IMG/VR virus record: IMGVR_UViG_3300028394_002328
Span: 186,001-250,000 of that record
DNA length: 64,000 nucleotides
Direction: 5' to 3' (one strand)
The translations under genes and the position numbers were made by a program. The notes below the pieces were generated by a model, which worked only from the letters and a program-made list of their open reading frames with translations, ran no database searches and was not told where the DNA came from. Shown here piece after piece: positions 55,931 to 64,000 of the stretch (position 1 is the first letter of the stretch; each line of letters opens with the position of its first letter).

Positions 55931-57487
55931 ATGCTTAAAAGAATATTCACTCTTACCAACCTCACACTATTAACTGCGCTGACACTAAGCACTATTGCAG
56001 CTTGGTATAGTATTCTAGGATTAACAGCAATCTTTGCGGCTGCTGTTATTCCCATTATTATAATGGGTAGCGCACTAGAAATATCAAAGGTTGTTACCAC
56101 TGTTTGGTTGCACAAATACTGGCCTAAAGTAAAATGGACTATGCGTGTCTATCTTGTAGCTGCCGTCATAGCACTTGCTTTCTTAACCAGTATGGGAATC
56201 TTTGGCTTCTTAAGTAAAGCACATAGTGATCAGGGCCTAGTATCAGGTGACGTGGCTGCTAAGATAGCAATTTATGATGAAAAAATTAAAACAGCAAGGG
56301 AAAATATAGATGTTAACCGTAAGGCGCTTAAACAACTTGATGAATCAGTGGACCAAGTTATGGGTCGAAGTACGGATGAGAAAGGTGCCGATAAAGCCGT
56401 GGCTCTACGTAGGAATCAACAAAAAGAGCGTGGGCGTCTCCTTGCTGAAATTGAAGCCGAACAGAAAAAAATTAGTAGTCTTAATGAAGAAAGGGCACCC
56501 ATTGCTGCCGAAATACGCAAAGTAGAAGCGGAAGTTGGCCCAATCAAATACATAGCCGCTCTTATCTACGGTGATAACCCTGATGCTAACCTACTTGAAA
56601 GAGCAGTACGATGGGTAATTATTCTTATTGTAAGTGTGTTTGATCCATTAGCACTAACTCTTGTATTAGCGGCAAATGGTAGTAGGGTGTGGGATAGAGA
56701 AGAACCTAAAGTAGAAGAAAAACCCGAAGAAGAACCTGAGTATGAACCAGATGATGGTCCACTTACCGAAGAGCAAATAGAACAAGTTGAAGAAACGGTA
56801 GAGAAACCTGTAATAGATGAGTACGCTTATTTGAAAAAGCCGTGGAAAGGGTTTACATCTGGTTCTACAGTTGGATTAGTCTCTAAACCTGAAGAAAAGA
56901 TTGAAGAACAGCCTGAAGAAATCCCTTGTTTCAAATGCGGAACGACTTTAATGAATGCCCCAGGTATTGGATTGTTCTGTCCAAATCTAAAGTGTGATGT
57001 TAGAGATGGTCCTTTTGAAGAGGAAGAATCAGTTGAACTAATAGTAGAACCTAAGGCAGAGTCAATAACAATTGAAACTACAGGGGTGACTAAAGAAAAA
57101 CCATATAGAGAAATTGATGAAGATTATGTGTTAACTAGTGACGGAAAACACATTCGTAAGGAAGCATTAAAAGAAATGCGTCCTGATTTATTCACTATCA
57201 AAGCCGATATGGCTAATCAGATTAGTACGAACTTTGGAGCACAATTTCCAAAGTTCTCTAATAAGGGCGATGTATTTGTAAGAGTAGATATATTACCTAA
57301 TAAGGTATACAAATTTGATGGTAACAAATGGATAGAGATAAACAAAGAGTTATCCGATTCATACTTGTATGACCAAGCATATATTCAATTTTTAATTTCA
57401 AAAATAGATTCGGGAGAATATGAAGTTGATTTATTATCTGATAACGAAAAGGCACAGATTGCATCGTACCTAAGTTCATCTAAATAA
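55931..57487 (+). CDS. multi-pass membrane protein with coiled coil and acidic C-terminal region
   Basis: About three N-terminal hydrophobic helices, heptad coiled coil, a further TM (WVIILIVSVFDPLALTLVLAA); late motif at 55917. Confidence 0.75.
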   Translation: MLKRIFTLTNLTLLTALTLSTIAAWYSILGLTAIFAAAVIPIIIMGSALEISKVVTTVWLHKYWPKVKWTMRVYLVAAVIALAFLTSMGIFGFLSKAHSDQGLVSGDVAAKIAIYDEKIKTARENIDVNRKALKQLDESVDQVMGRSTDEKGADKAVALRRNQQKERGRLLAEIEAEQKKISSLNEERAPIAAEIRKVEAEVGPIKYIAALIYGDNPDANLLERAVRWVIILIVSVFDPLALTLVLAANGSRVWDREEPKVEEKPEEEPEYEPDDGPLTEEQIEQVEETVEKPVIDEYAYLKKPWKGFTSGSTVGLVSKPEEKIEEQPEEIPCFKCGTTLMNAPGIGLFCPNLKCDVRDGPFEEEESVELIVEPKAESITIETTGVTKEKPYREIDEDYVLTSDGKHIRKEALKEMRPDLFTIKADMANQISTNFGAQFPKFSNKGDVFVRVDILPNKVYKFDGNKWIEINKELSDSYLYDQAYIQFLISKIDSGEYEVDLLSDNEKAQIASYLSSSK

Positions 57488-57565
57488 ATTACCAAATAAC
57501 TTTAATTTTTCCAATAATTATGACATAATTTATTGTGTCACAAATTCTTTCAAGATATATACTTC

Positions 57566-58765
57566 ATGACCTTAGAAAATAAAATCACCCACTGCACTTT
57601 TTGTGGAAGCCACAAAGAAGTTGTAAAAAAGTTAATTGTCAGCGAATCGGTTGCAATTTGCAGTGATTGCATTGAACTATGTAATCAACTAATCAATGAT
57701 GATTCTTCAGTTGAATCTGAAAAAATAGAACATCAAACCTATGATGCTATTCAAATTAAAGAGTATTTGGATCAGCATATCATAGGACAAGCTGATGCTA
57801 AAATGATTCTCAGTGTTGCTATAGCAAATCACTTTAAACGAATTACACATCCTCCTGAAGATTTAGAAATCCAAAAGGGAAATGTGTTACTAATTGGTCC
57901 TACTGGATCAGGTAAAACGTTACTAGCAAAAACTGTAGCAAAGTTTTTGAATGTACCATTTGTAGTTGCTGATGCTACATCATTAACAGAAGCAGGTTAC
58001 GTTGGTGATGATGTTGAAAGTATGATTAGTATGTTAGTTAATTCAGCCGGCGGTGATGTTAAAAAAGCAGAACGCGGTATTGTATTCATTGACGAAATTG
58101 ATAAGATTGCCCGTAAAGGTGAATCTACTAGCATTACCCGTGATGTATCGGGGGAAGGTGTTCAACAAGCACTACTTAAATTAGTAGAGGGTACTATATG
58201 TCGTATTCCTGCAGGTGGTGGTAGAAAACATCCCGGTGGTGATATGTTAGAAGTTAATACTAAAAACATTTTATTCATTTCAGGTGGTGCATTTGTAGGC
58301 CTATATGATATTATTAAATCAAGGGTCAAGGGCACTAGAATTGGTTTCGGTGCTAATGTTATTGCCAACCATGAAGATATTGAACTAAATTTAGTTTCGC
58401 CCGATGATTTAACTAAGTTTGGAATGATTCCTGAGTTCATTGGTAGATTTACTACATCAGTTGTTCTAACTGATTTAGATAGGGATGAACTACTTAAGGT
58501 ATTAACAGAAATCAAAAATAACTATATAAACCAATACCAATATCTATTTTCACTAGATAATATTGATTTGAATTTTGATACCGAAGCATTAGAGCAAATA
58601 GTAGATAATTGCCTAGAACTTAAAACAGGTGCTCGTGGTCTACATACTGAAATTGAACGGTGCTTAATGCCACATATGTATAATGCTCGCAAATACCATG
58701 ATCATGGTATAACCGTGATAAATATTAGTCAGGACATGGTGATTAATCCACAACCATTAGTATGA
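57566..58765 (+). CDS. clpX: ATP-dependent Clp protease ATP-binding subunit ClpX
   Basis: C4 zinc finger (CTFC...CSDC), GPTGSGKT, TEAGYVGDDVE, FIDEIDK, RDVSGEGVQQALLK, GARGL. Confidence 0.95.
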   Translation: MTLENKITHCTFCGSHKEVVKKLIVSESVAICSDCIELCNQLINDDSSVESEKIEHQTYDAIQIKEYLDQHIIGQADAKMILSVAIANHFKRITHPPEDLEIQKGNVLLIGPTGSGKTLLAKTVAKFLNVPFVVADATSLTEAGYVGDDVESMISMLVNSAGGDVKKAERGIVFIDEIDKIARKGESTSITRDVSGEGVQQALLKLVEGTICRIPAGGGRKHPGGDMLEVNTKNILFISGGAFVGLYDIIKSRVKGTRIGFGANVIANHEDIELNLVSPDDLTKFGMIPEFIGRFTTSVVLTDLDRDELLKVLTEIKNNYINQYQYLFSLDNIDLNFDTEALEQIVDNCLELKTGARGLHTEIERCLMPHMYNARKYHDHGITVINISQDMVINPQPLV

Positions 58766-58983
58766 GTTCAAAGGGCAGAAAAGTATTAGTACAAGACGGT
58801 AATGTAGAAAAGGCGCTAAGAAAATTTAAAAAGAAAATTAGCGAAGATGGCCTGCTCCAAGAAGTTCAAGACCGTAGATTTTATAATAAGCCAACCGAAA
58901 AAAGAAAAGTTGCTAAAGCCCAAGCAAAGAAACGTTGGAAAAGATTTTTAAATAGTCAAGAAATTCCTAAGAAACTTTTTTAA
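58762..58983 (+). CDS. rpsU: 30S ribosomal protein bS21
   Basis: V.V.DGNVEKALRKFKKK...GLLQE...RRFY.KPTEKRK. Confidence 0.9.
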   Translation: MSSKGRKVLVQDGNVEKALRKFKKKISEDGLLQEVQDRRFYNKPTEKRKVAKAQAKKRWKRFLNSQEIPKKLF

Positions 58984-59018
58984 CCAAAATAGTAGAATTT
59001 TTTACGAAAATTATTTAT

Positions 59019-59062
59019 GATAAATACTGTTGTAGATGCCGATAGTCGGGTCTACAATCAGT
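59019..59062 (+). promoter_or_regulatory. late motif followed by a long 5'-leader hairpin before the small HSP gene
   Basis: GATAAATA 59019-59026; ACTG-TTGTAGA..CCGA-TAG-TCGG..TCTACAA-T-CAGT stem. Confidence 0.6.
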
Positions 59063-59089
59063 CATCTTGCTTATTAAAGGAGAAAACAA

Positions 59090-59536
59090 ATGACAAATAC
59101 ATTATCCCTTCGTTCCCTTGACATTCCGTCACTTCATAAGTTTGGTATCGGTTTCGATACAATGTTTGATGAACTTATGAGACAAACTTCCGCACAACAA
59201 CAAACAAATTATCCACCATACAATGTTGTGAAACATAGTGAGGATAAGTTTACCATTGAATTGGCAGTTGCTGGTTTTAAAAATGGTGACATTGATGTTA
59301 CTGTAGAAAAGAATCAACTAACCGTCAAGGGTGAAAAAGCAGTTAATTTGGATGAAACAGTTGAATATCTACATCGTGGTATTAGTGCCCGTAATTTCAT
59401 TAGAACTTGGACGCTAGCCGATCATGTTGAAGTAACTGGTGCTGTTGTATCTGATGGTATGTTGACTATCAATTTAGAACGTCAAATTCCTGAAGAGCAA
59501 AAACCCAAGAAGATTGCTATTACCTACACTAAATAG
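59090..59536 (+). CDS. small heat-shock protein (Hsp20/IbpA-like)
   Basis: NYPPYNVVK, IELAVAGF, YLHRGISARNF.R.W.LA, DGMLTI.L, PEEQKPKKI.I. Confidence 0.92.
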   Translation: MTNTLSLRSLDIPSLHKFGIGFDTMFDELMRQTSAQQQTNYPPYNVVKHSEDKFTIELAVAGFKNGDIDVTVEKNQLTVKGEKAVNLDETVEYLHRGISARNFIRTWTLADHVEVTGAVVSDGMLTINLERQIPEEQKPKKIAITYTK

Positions 59537-59547
59537 TATAGTAGCGT

Positions 59548-59576
59548 ATGTGTGCAGCATCCGCTGCACACATTTT
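59548..59576 (+). terminator. perfect 11 bp hairpin, terminator/attenuator-like
   Basis: ATGTGTGCAGC-ATCC-GCTGCACACAT-TTT between the sHSP gene and clpS; T tail is short. Confidence 0.6.
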
Positions 59577-59590
59577 ATGAGAGAACTAAA

Positions 59591-59896
59591 ATGTCCAAAG
59601 CCGATACTAAAATCAAAATTAAACCAAACTTGGGTCTTAAAGAACCGCCCCTTTTCAAAATCATTTACATGAATGATGATGTTACATCTATGGAATTTGT
59701 AATCAATTCTTTGGTTGATTATTTTAACTATAGTAATGAATCTGCCGCTTCAATTACAGATAGCATTCATGAACATGGTAGTGCGGTAGTTGCTATTTTA
59801 CCCTATGAAATCGCAGAGCAAAAGGGCATTGAAGTAACACTAGATGCAAGAACACATGGTTATCCTCTTCAAATCAAAGTAGAGGTTGAGTCTTAA
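59591..59896 (+). CDS. clpS: Clp protease adaptor ClpS
   Basis: KEPPLFKIIYMNDDVTSMEFV, IH..G.AVV....YEIAEQK, YPLQI. Confidence 0.9.
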   Translation: MSKADTKIKIKPNLGLKEPPLFKIIYMNDDVTSMEFVINSLVDYFNYSNESAASITDSIHEHGSAVVAILPYEIAEQKGIEVTLDARTHGYPLQIKVEVES

Positions 59897-60573
59897 ATTT
59901 CTATATCAATTCTTTTAGCCCAATAAGGGCTACTATTATTATATGGATTATTAAAATAGTTGACACTATTCAATGTAGTGTCAACTATTTTTCCATATGT
60001 ACCAAATCCCCAATGTGAAACCTTAGATTCCATATCTGCTAATAGTGTAATTACTAACTCAGGAACACCTTTAAGATTTTTAGGGGTTTCTCCAAAATAC
60101 AAATCATTACTAGGCACAGCACTAGTTAACACGAATATTTTTTTCACATCCAAATGTTTTTGTAACTTTTGTATTGAATTTTTTAGATATACTAAATCAC
60201 TATAACGGTTGATCTCTACTGATTCAGTAACCGAATCAGTATGCCATCCATTAGCACCCAATATAGCAATACCATCAATCAACACAACATGATGGTATAA
60301 TAACGCAACACTAGTAATCTTATTACAAATATTAGCTATTTCATGTGTTCTTTTTTCTATAGATTCTGCATTCTCATATTCTAGTGCACCAGGTATATAA
60401 AATATACCTTGATAGAAGTTTGATAGGTATTTAAGGGTGTTTAATAAAACACCCATGTCAGAACTTACATTACCGGCTACTACGCAATATAGACTAGTAG
60501 CCTTATCTTCCCAATTAAAACTATCTTCCGATGAAAGATTTAAATCACTGATTAAATCAAACCCTATCTTCAC
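59893..60573 (-). CDS. calcineurin-like metallophosphoesterase with degenerate motifs
   Basis: ISDLNL (normally SDLH), VAGNV (normally AGD), PGALE (normally GNHE). Confidence 0.6.
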   Translation of the reverse strand: MKIGFDLISDLNLSSEDSFNWEDKATSLYCVVAGNVSSDMGVLLNTLKYLSNFYQGIFYIPGALEYENAESIEKRTHEIANICNKITSVALLYHHVVLIDGIAILGANGWHTDSVTESVEINRYSDLVYLKNSIQKLQKHLDVKKIFVLTSAVPSNDLYFGETPKNLKGVPELVITLLADMESKVSHWGFGTYGKIVDTTLNSVNYFNNPYNNSSPYWAKRIDIEI

Positions 60574-60893
60574 TTCGCTACAGTCATTTTAGGTTTTTTT
60601 GCTCTAGGCTTAGCAGCAGGTTTAGGCTGTTCGGCAGTTGTAGATTCTACCGTAGCTTTTTTAGCTCTTGTTCTTTTTGGTTTAGCAACTACTTCAGGTT
60701 GCTCTACTGTTTCTACTACGGCAGGAGTTTCTACTACAGACTCGCTAACAGTAGCAACAGGTACAGTAGGTTCAGTAACAGGCCATGCATTAGCTTCTTC
60801 AACTGGAGCAATCTTAGATGCTTCTCTGCTTCTAAAGTATAACAGGCATCCAATAATACCTATCACTACAACCAAAACAATAATTACTTCCAT
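60570..60893 (-). CDS. membrane-anchored low-complexity protein with basic tail
   Basis: N-terminal TM helix, Pro/Val/Glu linker, KPKRTRAKK tail; AGGAG SD and TAAATA upstream on minus strand. Confidence 0.7.
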   Translation of the reverse strand: MEVIIVLVVVIGIIGCLLYFRSREASKIAPVEEANAWPVTEPTVPVATVSESVVETPAVVETVEQPEVVAKPKRTRAKKATVESTTAEQPKPAAKPRAKKPKMTVAK

Positions 60894-60977
60894 CATATAT
60901 CTCCTAAACAAGTATTTAACATAACCTCTACCAAATCTAATATTATTTAATTAGGTAAGAAGAATAAATACTAAACT

Positions 60978-62555
60978 ATGCGTGATTTACTAAACCTCAT
61001 CCAAACCCTATCTGAAGCTAGCACTCTGAGTGCATCGGAGATTATAAATCGGACCGGTAGATTTGAAAAATTCATATCAATGATTGCTAATCAACAGCCG
61101 TTTTATACTATTGATCAAGAATCGGTGATTGCTGACCCTTCCGAAGCAGACCGTTTCCAACAATTATATGATAATGGCAAATTTTCAGGTACTCTTAAAA
61201 TTAAATTAGAAGATGGTAGGCAAATTCTATTAAGTCAATTGTTAAAAACCTCTGATTTAGGAGGACAGGCTAAAACAGGTGAAGAGGGTGAAGAAACTGG
61301 TAAAGAATCAGCTTTATTAAAACCTTCTCAGATTAAAATCACTGACAAAGACATTCCTGCTAGTCAATTAGGAGAAACAATTATTAATAACAGTGTGCTG
61401 CAATCTACTGATTATGGAAGATTAGTCATTGAAATGGCTGAAACTATTATGAATGGTGGGAACCCAGTTATCTCCAAAGATGTTCCTTCCAAGATTAAAG
61501 ATAGTATTGTTGACTACGCAGGTGAGTATTTAGGTGTGTTGGCACTAGTATCGGGTACTTCCCGTTTCCCTAGAAAGAAGGGTTTTACTGAATGGCTAGG
61601 AAGTGATGTATCTGAGTTAATTATTAATTTTCCAGGTAAAGCTAATACTAACATAGCCGATAGCTATGCCAGCATTTCTAACGATAAAACAAATCACAAA
61701 ATTAATATTTCAAGTAAAGGTCAAGGTGGCGGTGCTCCTCCAAGTGTAAGTGGATTAAAGGTACCTGATGAAATTAGAAATAATCCTGATTATCTTGGTG
61801 CAGTAGGTTTCATTGATTTATGTGATAATGGCACTAAAAAGGTTCCCGCTAAAATATCTTTACCATCACCTAGAACTATTAGCTCCGTCTTTGCTGCTAT
61901 GAATTTATTAAATGAAGTAGCACCCGAATCTATCCCGCAGAAATTTAAATCAGTGTTACCGTGGGATGTTAATAAAATTACAAAAGATGTAAAACAAAGC
62001 ATCGAAGATTTTAAAAAAAATGTGCAGCCATCTAGGCCTAATTCTTATCCAGGTAAGATGCCAGGCTATGATATATTTTTTAATGACATTAAATTTCAAA
62101 AACCAAGTAGCGACGGTGGAAAGTTAACTCATGCAGTTAAATTAGCAGTGATGAATGCAGTAAACGAAGGCCAAGCTATTCCTGAATTCCAAGATGTGGT
62201 ATTATCCATTTTAGATATGAACTTCATTCAGCAATACGCAGACTTTGATCCTAAGAGTAGAATAATGAGCTTTGCTACACAATGGCCTGCTAAACTTGAA
62301 GGAAAAATTACATTAGAATCTAAATCAGGAGGAACTGATCCAACTAAAGGTGGATTCAGTTTTAAATTAGCCAATACAGCACCTAAAACTGATTTGGAAG
62401 AGCCTGATGAACTAGGGGCAGGCGTCGAACCTGATGATGGTGTTATAGGTACGGTATCCGATTTGTCTACATCATCAATGGATATTGTTAATCCAAAAAG
62501 AAGAGAGCCAAAAGAACCTAAACCATCAGGAGATGTTGGGCGTAAAAAACGTTGA
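60978..62555 (+). CDS. large late hypothetical protein, possibly PD-(D/E)xK nuclease-like
   Basis: Late motif at 60963; N..IADSY......INISSKG resembles a D..x(S/E)xK core (weak). Confidence 0.55.
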   Translation: MRDLLNLIQTLSEASTLSASEIINRTGRFEKFISMIANQQPFYTIDQESVIADPSEADRFQQLYDNGKFSGTLKIKLEDGRQILLSQLLKTSDLGGQAKTGEEGEETGKESALLKPSQIKITDKDIPASQLGETIINNSVLQSTDYGRLVIEMAETIMNGGNPVISKDVPSKIKDSIVDYAGEYLGVLALVSGTSRFPRKKGFTEWLGSDVSELIINFPGKANTNIADSYASISNDKTNHKINISSKGQGGGAPPSVSGLKVPDEIRNNPDYLGAVGFIDLCDNGTKKVPAKISLPSPRTISSVFAAMNLLNEVAPESIPQKFKSVLPWDVNKITKDVKQSIEDFKKNVQPSRPNSYPGKMPGYDIFFNDIKFQKPSSDGGKLTHAVKLAVMNAVNEGQAIPEFQDVVLSILDMNFIQQYADFDPKSRIMSFATQWPAKLEGKITLESKSGGTDPTKGGFSFKLANTAPKTDLEEPDELGAGVEPDDGVIGTVSDLSTSSMDIVNPKRREPKEPKPSGDVGRKKR

Positions 62556-62579
62556 CAAAGAATAAAATTCCTGTATAAT
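62552..62579 (+). promoter_or_regulatory. sigma70 promoter for clpP
   Basis: TTGACA-16 nt-TATAAT; upstream stop TGA lies inside the -35 box. Confidence 0.7.
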
Positions 62580-62604
62580 AGTTATTATTTTACAAAGGAA
62601 TTTT

Positions 62605-63195
62605 ATGAGTTTAGTCCCAATTGTACTTGAGCAAACATCCCGCGGCGAACGCAGTTATGATATCTATAGTCGGCTGTTGCGTGACCGTGTAATTCTCCTA
62701 GAAGGGGAAGTTCATGACCAAATGGCAAATCTGATTGTTGCTCAATTACTTTACCTTGAAAGTGAAGATAGCAATAAGGATATTAATCTTTACATTAACT
62801 CACCGGGTGGATCAGTTACCGCAGGTATGGCTATCTATGATACTATTCAATTTATTACACCTGATGTTTCAACCATTGTTATGGGACAGGCATGTAGTAT
62901 GGGTAGTTTGTTAGCACAAGCAGGTGCTAAAAATAAACGGTTGATTTTACCTAATGCTCGCCATATGATTCATCAACCAAGCGGTGGTGCACGTGGTCAG
63001 GCTACTGATATGGAAATTCAAGTAAAAGAAATCCTTGAAATGAAGCGTAATCTTACCAACATCTATGTTAAACACAATTCAAAGGGAAAGACTTTTGAGG
63101 AGTTGACTAGGGATATGGAACGAGACCGATTCATGTCCGGTGAAGAAGCGGTTGAGTATGGACTAGCCGACCGTATCATTGACAAGCGGCCGTAA
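62605..63195 (+). CDS. clpP: ATP-dependent Clp protease proteolytic subunit ClpP
   Basis: [33 protein letters not shown] (Ser), MIHQPSGG (His), ERD.FM (Asp). Confidence 0.96.
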   Translation: MSLVPIVLEQTSRGERSYDIYSRLLRDRVILLEGEVHDQMANLIVAQLLYLESEDSNKDINLYINSPGGSVTAGMAIYDTIQFITPDVSTIVMGQACSMGSLLAQAGAKNKRLILPNARHMIHQPSGGARGQATDMEIQVKEILEMKRNLTNIYVKHNSKGKTFEELTRDMERDRFMSGEEAVEYGLADRIIDKRP

Positions 63196-63197
63196 AT

Positions 63198-63226
63198 TTG
63201 ACAATAAATGGGCAGTGATGTATAAT
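63198..63226 (+). promoter_or_regulatory. repeated early promoter
   Basis: TTGACAATAAATGG...TATAAT with 17 nt spacer. Confidence 0.85.
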
Positions 63227-63257
63227 GAAATTATACGCTAAGAAAACGGAGAAACAA

Positions 63258-63467
63258 ATGGAATTTGAATCAATTGTTGTCAACACGATCAAACCATTGC
63301 TGGGCTCAGGAGAGCAAGTAGATTTCAGTTATGGCACACTGTTCGTAAATTGTGCCGAAGACACAGCCCGTTGTATTTTTCACACACTTTGTGACAACTT
63401 CGGCGGAGTCAACAAGGTCCGCATCAGCAAGTGTGGTGAAGAATTCGCCTTCGATTTTGTCGCTTGA
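63258..63467 (+). CDS. early hypothetical protein (69 aa)
   Basis: ACGGAG SD before ATG 63258; track start 63225 lies within the -10 box. Confidence 0.7.
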   Translation: MEFESIVVNTIKPLLGSGEQVDFSYGTLFVNCAEDTARCIFHTLCDNFGGVNKVRISKCGEEFAFDFVA

Positions 63468-63492
63468 CAATAAATGGTTTTGGATCTATAAT
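63464..63492 (+). promoter_or_regulatory. repeated early promoter
   Basis: TTGACAATAAATGG...TATAAT with 17 nt spacer; contains the upstream stop codon. Confidence 0.85.
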
Positions 63493-63522
63493 ACTTGTAT
63501 TGAATCAACAAAAGGTCACAAA

Positions 63523-63723
63523 ATGACACAGTTTATTGCTAAAGGTTACATTGAAAACGGTGACTCAGCCATTCTTTGGAGAATGGCCGACTATCACTAT
63601 CAACTGGAAGTTGGGTTTGGAACACCTAGACAACGGTCCATTGATTTGACGGATACCGAGTACTACGATGCTTATTGTATGTTGCAGGCAATTTGTATGG
63701 ATAAAGTGGAAGTTGTTGCGTAA
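63523..63723 (+). CDS. early hypothetical protein (66 aa, MTQFIAKGY...)
   Basis: AAGG SD downstream of promoter 63464; shorter than the track ORF. Confidence 0.7.
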   Translation: MTQFIAKGYIENGDSAILWRMADYHYQLEVGFGTPRQRSIDLTDTEYYDAYCMLQAICMDKVEVVA

Positions 63724-63741
63724 AAACAACATTACCAAAGG

Positions 63742-63787
63742 TTGACAATAAATCAGGTTCCCTGTATAATAGAATCTTAGACAGTTA
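63742..63787 (+). promoter_or_regulatory. repeated early promoter cassette
   Basis: TTGACA-17 nt-TATAAT plus 23 nt identical to 50610-50632. Confidence 0.88.
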
Positions 63788-63803
63788 AACAACGGAGTTC
63801 AAA

Positions 63804-64000
63804 ATGCGTACACCAACTATCATCAACGGTCTGAAAAACTCTCAAAAATTCCGTGTGATTTTCAAGGGCGATGGCTCTGAAAATGACGTTGGACTTTACA
63901 TGACGGTAAAGCAAATGTCTGAAATGTTTGCTACGACCAACGCCCGCTCATTGTGTTATGAAGCCCTTGAGATGTTGGTTTCTGAGCGCAAATATATGAA
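63804..64000 (+). CDS. early hypothetical protein, truncated by the window end (MRTPTIING...)
   Basis: ACGGAG SD; frame open to base 64000. Confidence 0.65.
   Translation, partial: MRTPTIINGLKNSQKFRVIFKGDGSENDVGLYMTVKQMSEMFATTNARSLCYEALEMLVSERKYM

Noticed and set aside
63352-63792. Track ORFs 63352..63723 (long start) and 63565..63792 (minus)
   Set aside because: The long start runs through the upstream gene and promoter, so ATG 63523 is preferred; the minus ORF spans a promoter and is antisense to a supported gene
1-64000. Bacterial chromosome origin suggested by clp genes, rpsU, folE, dps and tilS
   Set aside because: T4-like polymerase/clamp/RNase H, late-promoter motifs, dense unknown ORFs and absence of bacterial operon context indicate a phage
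1-64000. Stop-codon reassignment (alternative genetic code)
   Set aside because: Conserved genes are full-length in the standard code, and TAA, TGA and TAG all end genes at sensible positions
1-64000. tRNA genes, group I introns and inteins
   Set aside because: No cloverleaf/T-loop pattern noticed in the short intergenic gaps, and polymerase, ligase, ClpP and QueE are uninterrupted; tRNAscan-SE/Infernal were not run, so small RNAs could be missed

Overview
A 64 kb, AT-rich, gene-dense segment of a large tailed dsDNA phage with T4-like (myovirus-type) features. It carries a family B DNA polymerase and probable sliding clamp, RNase H/flap exonuclease, ATP-dependent ligase, T4-like late promoter motifs ((G/A/T)ATAAATA) and near-consensus sigma70 early promoters. 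The host is probably a proteobacterium (inference only). Modules from left to right: (1) clpA, an Hc1-like histone, two nucleotidyltransferases and a GT-A glycosyltransferase; (2) a ~10 kb array of glycine-rich / LamG / FN3 putative fibre or adhesin genes; (3) late genes with T4 capsid-targeting-like N-termini and Glu-terminated linkers that look like modular polyproteins (GNAT, amidoligase, zincin), with dps and a secreted SNase among them; (4) a TilS-like PP-loop ATPase in frame with a class I glutamine amidotransferase, then DNA polymerase and clamp; (5) a 7-deazaguanine DNA-modification locus (dpdA-like, QueD-like/DpdL, folE, queD, queE, no queC in the window) interleaved with two GT-B glycosyltransferases and a nucleotide-sugar epimerase; (6) two minus-strand polyproteins (ART-like + ASCH + kinase; GP88-like Fe-S protein); (7) uvsE, a DGQH/ParB-like + GIY-YIG cassette, exonuclease, micro-ORFs, repeated early-promoter cassettes and ligase; (8) clpX, rpsU (bS21), a small HSP, clpS and clpP. 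The best candidates for undescribed biology are a possibly glycosylated 7-deazaguanine DNA modification and a capsid-packaged, protease-cleaved effector polyprotein system. All family calls come from motif recognition by eye; no searches were run.
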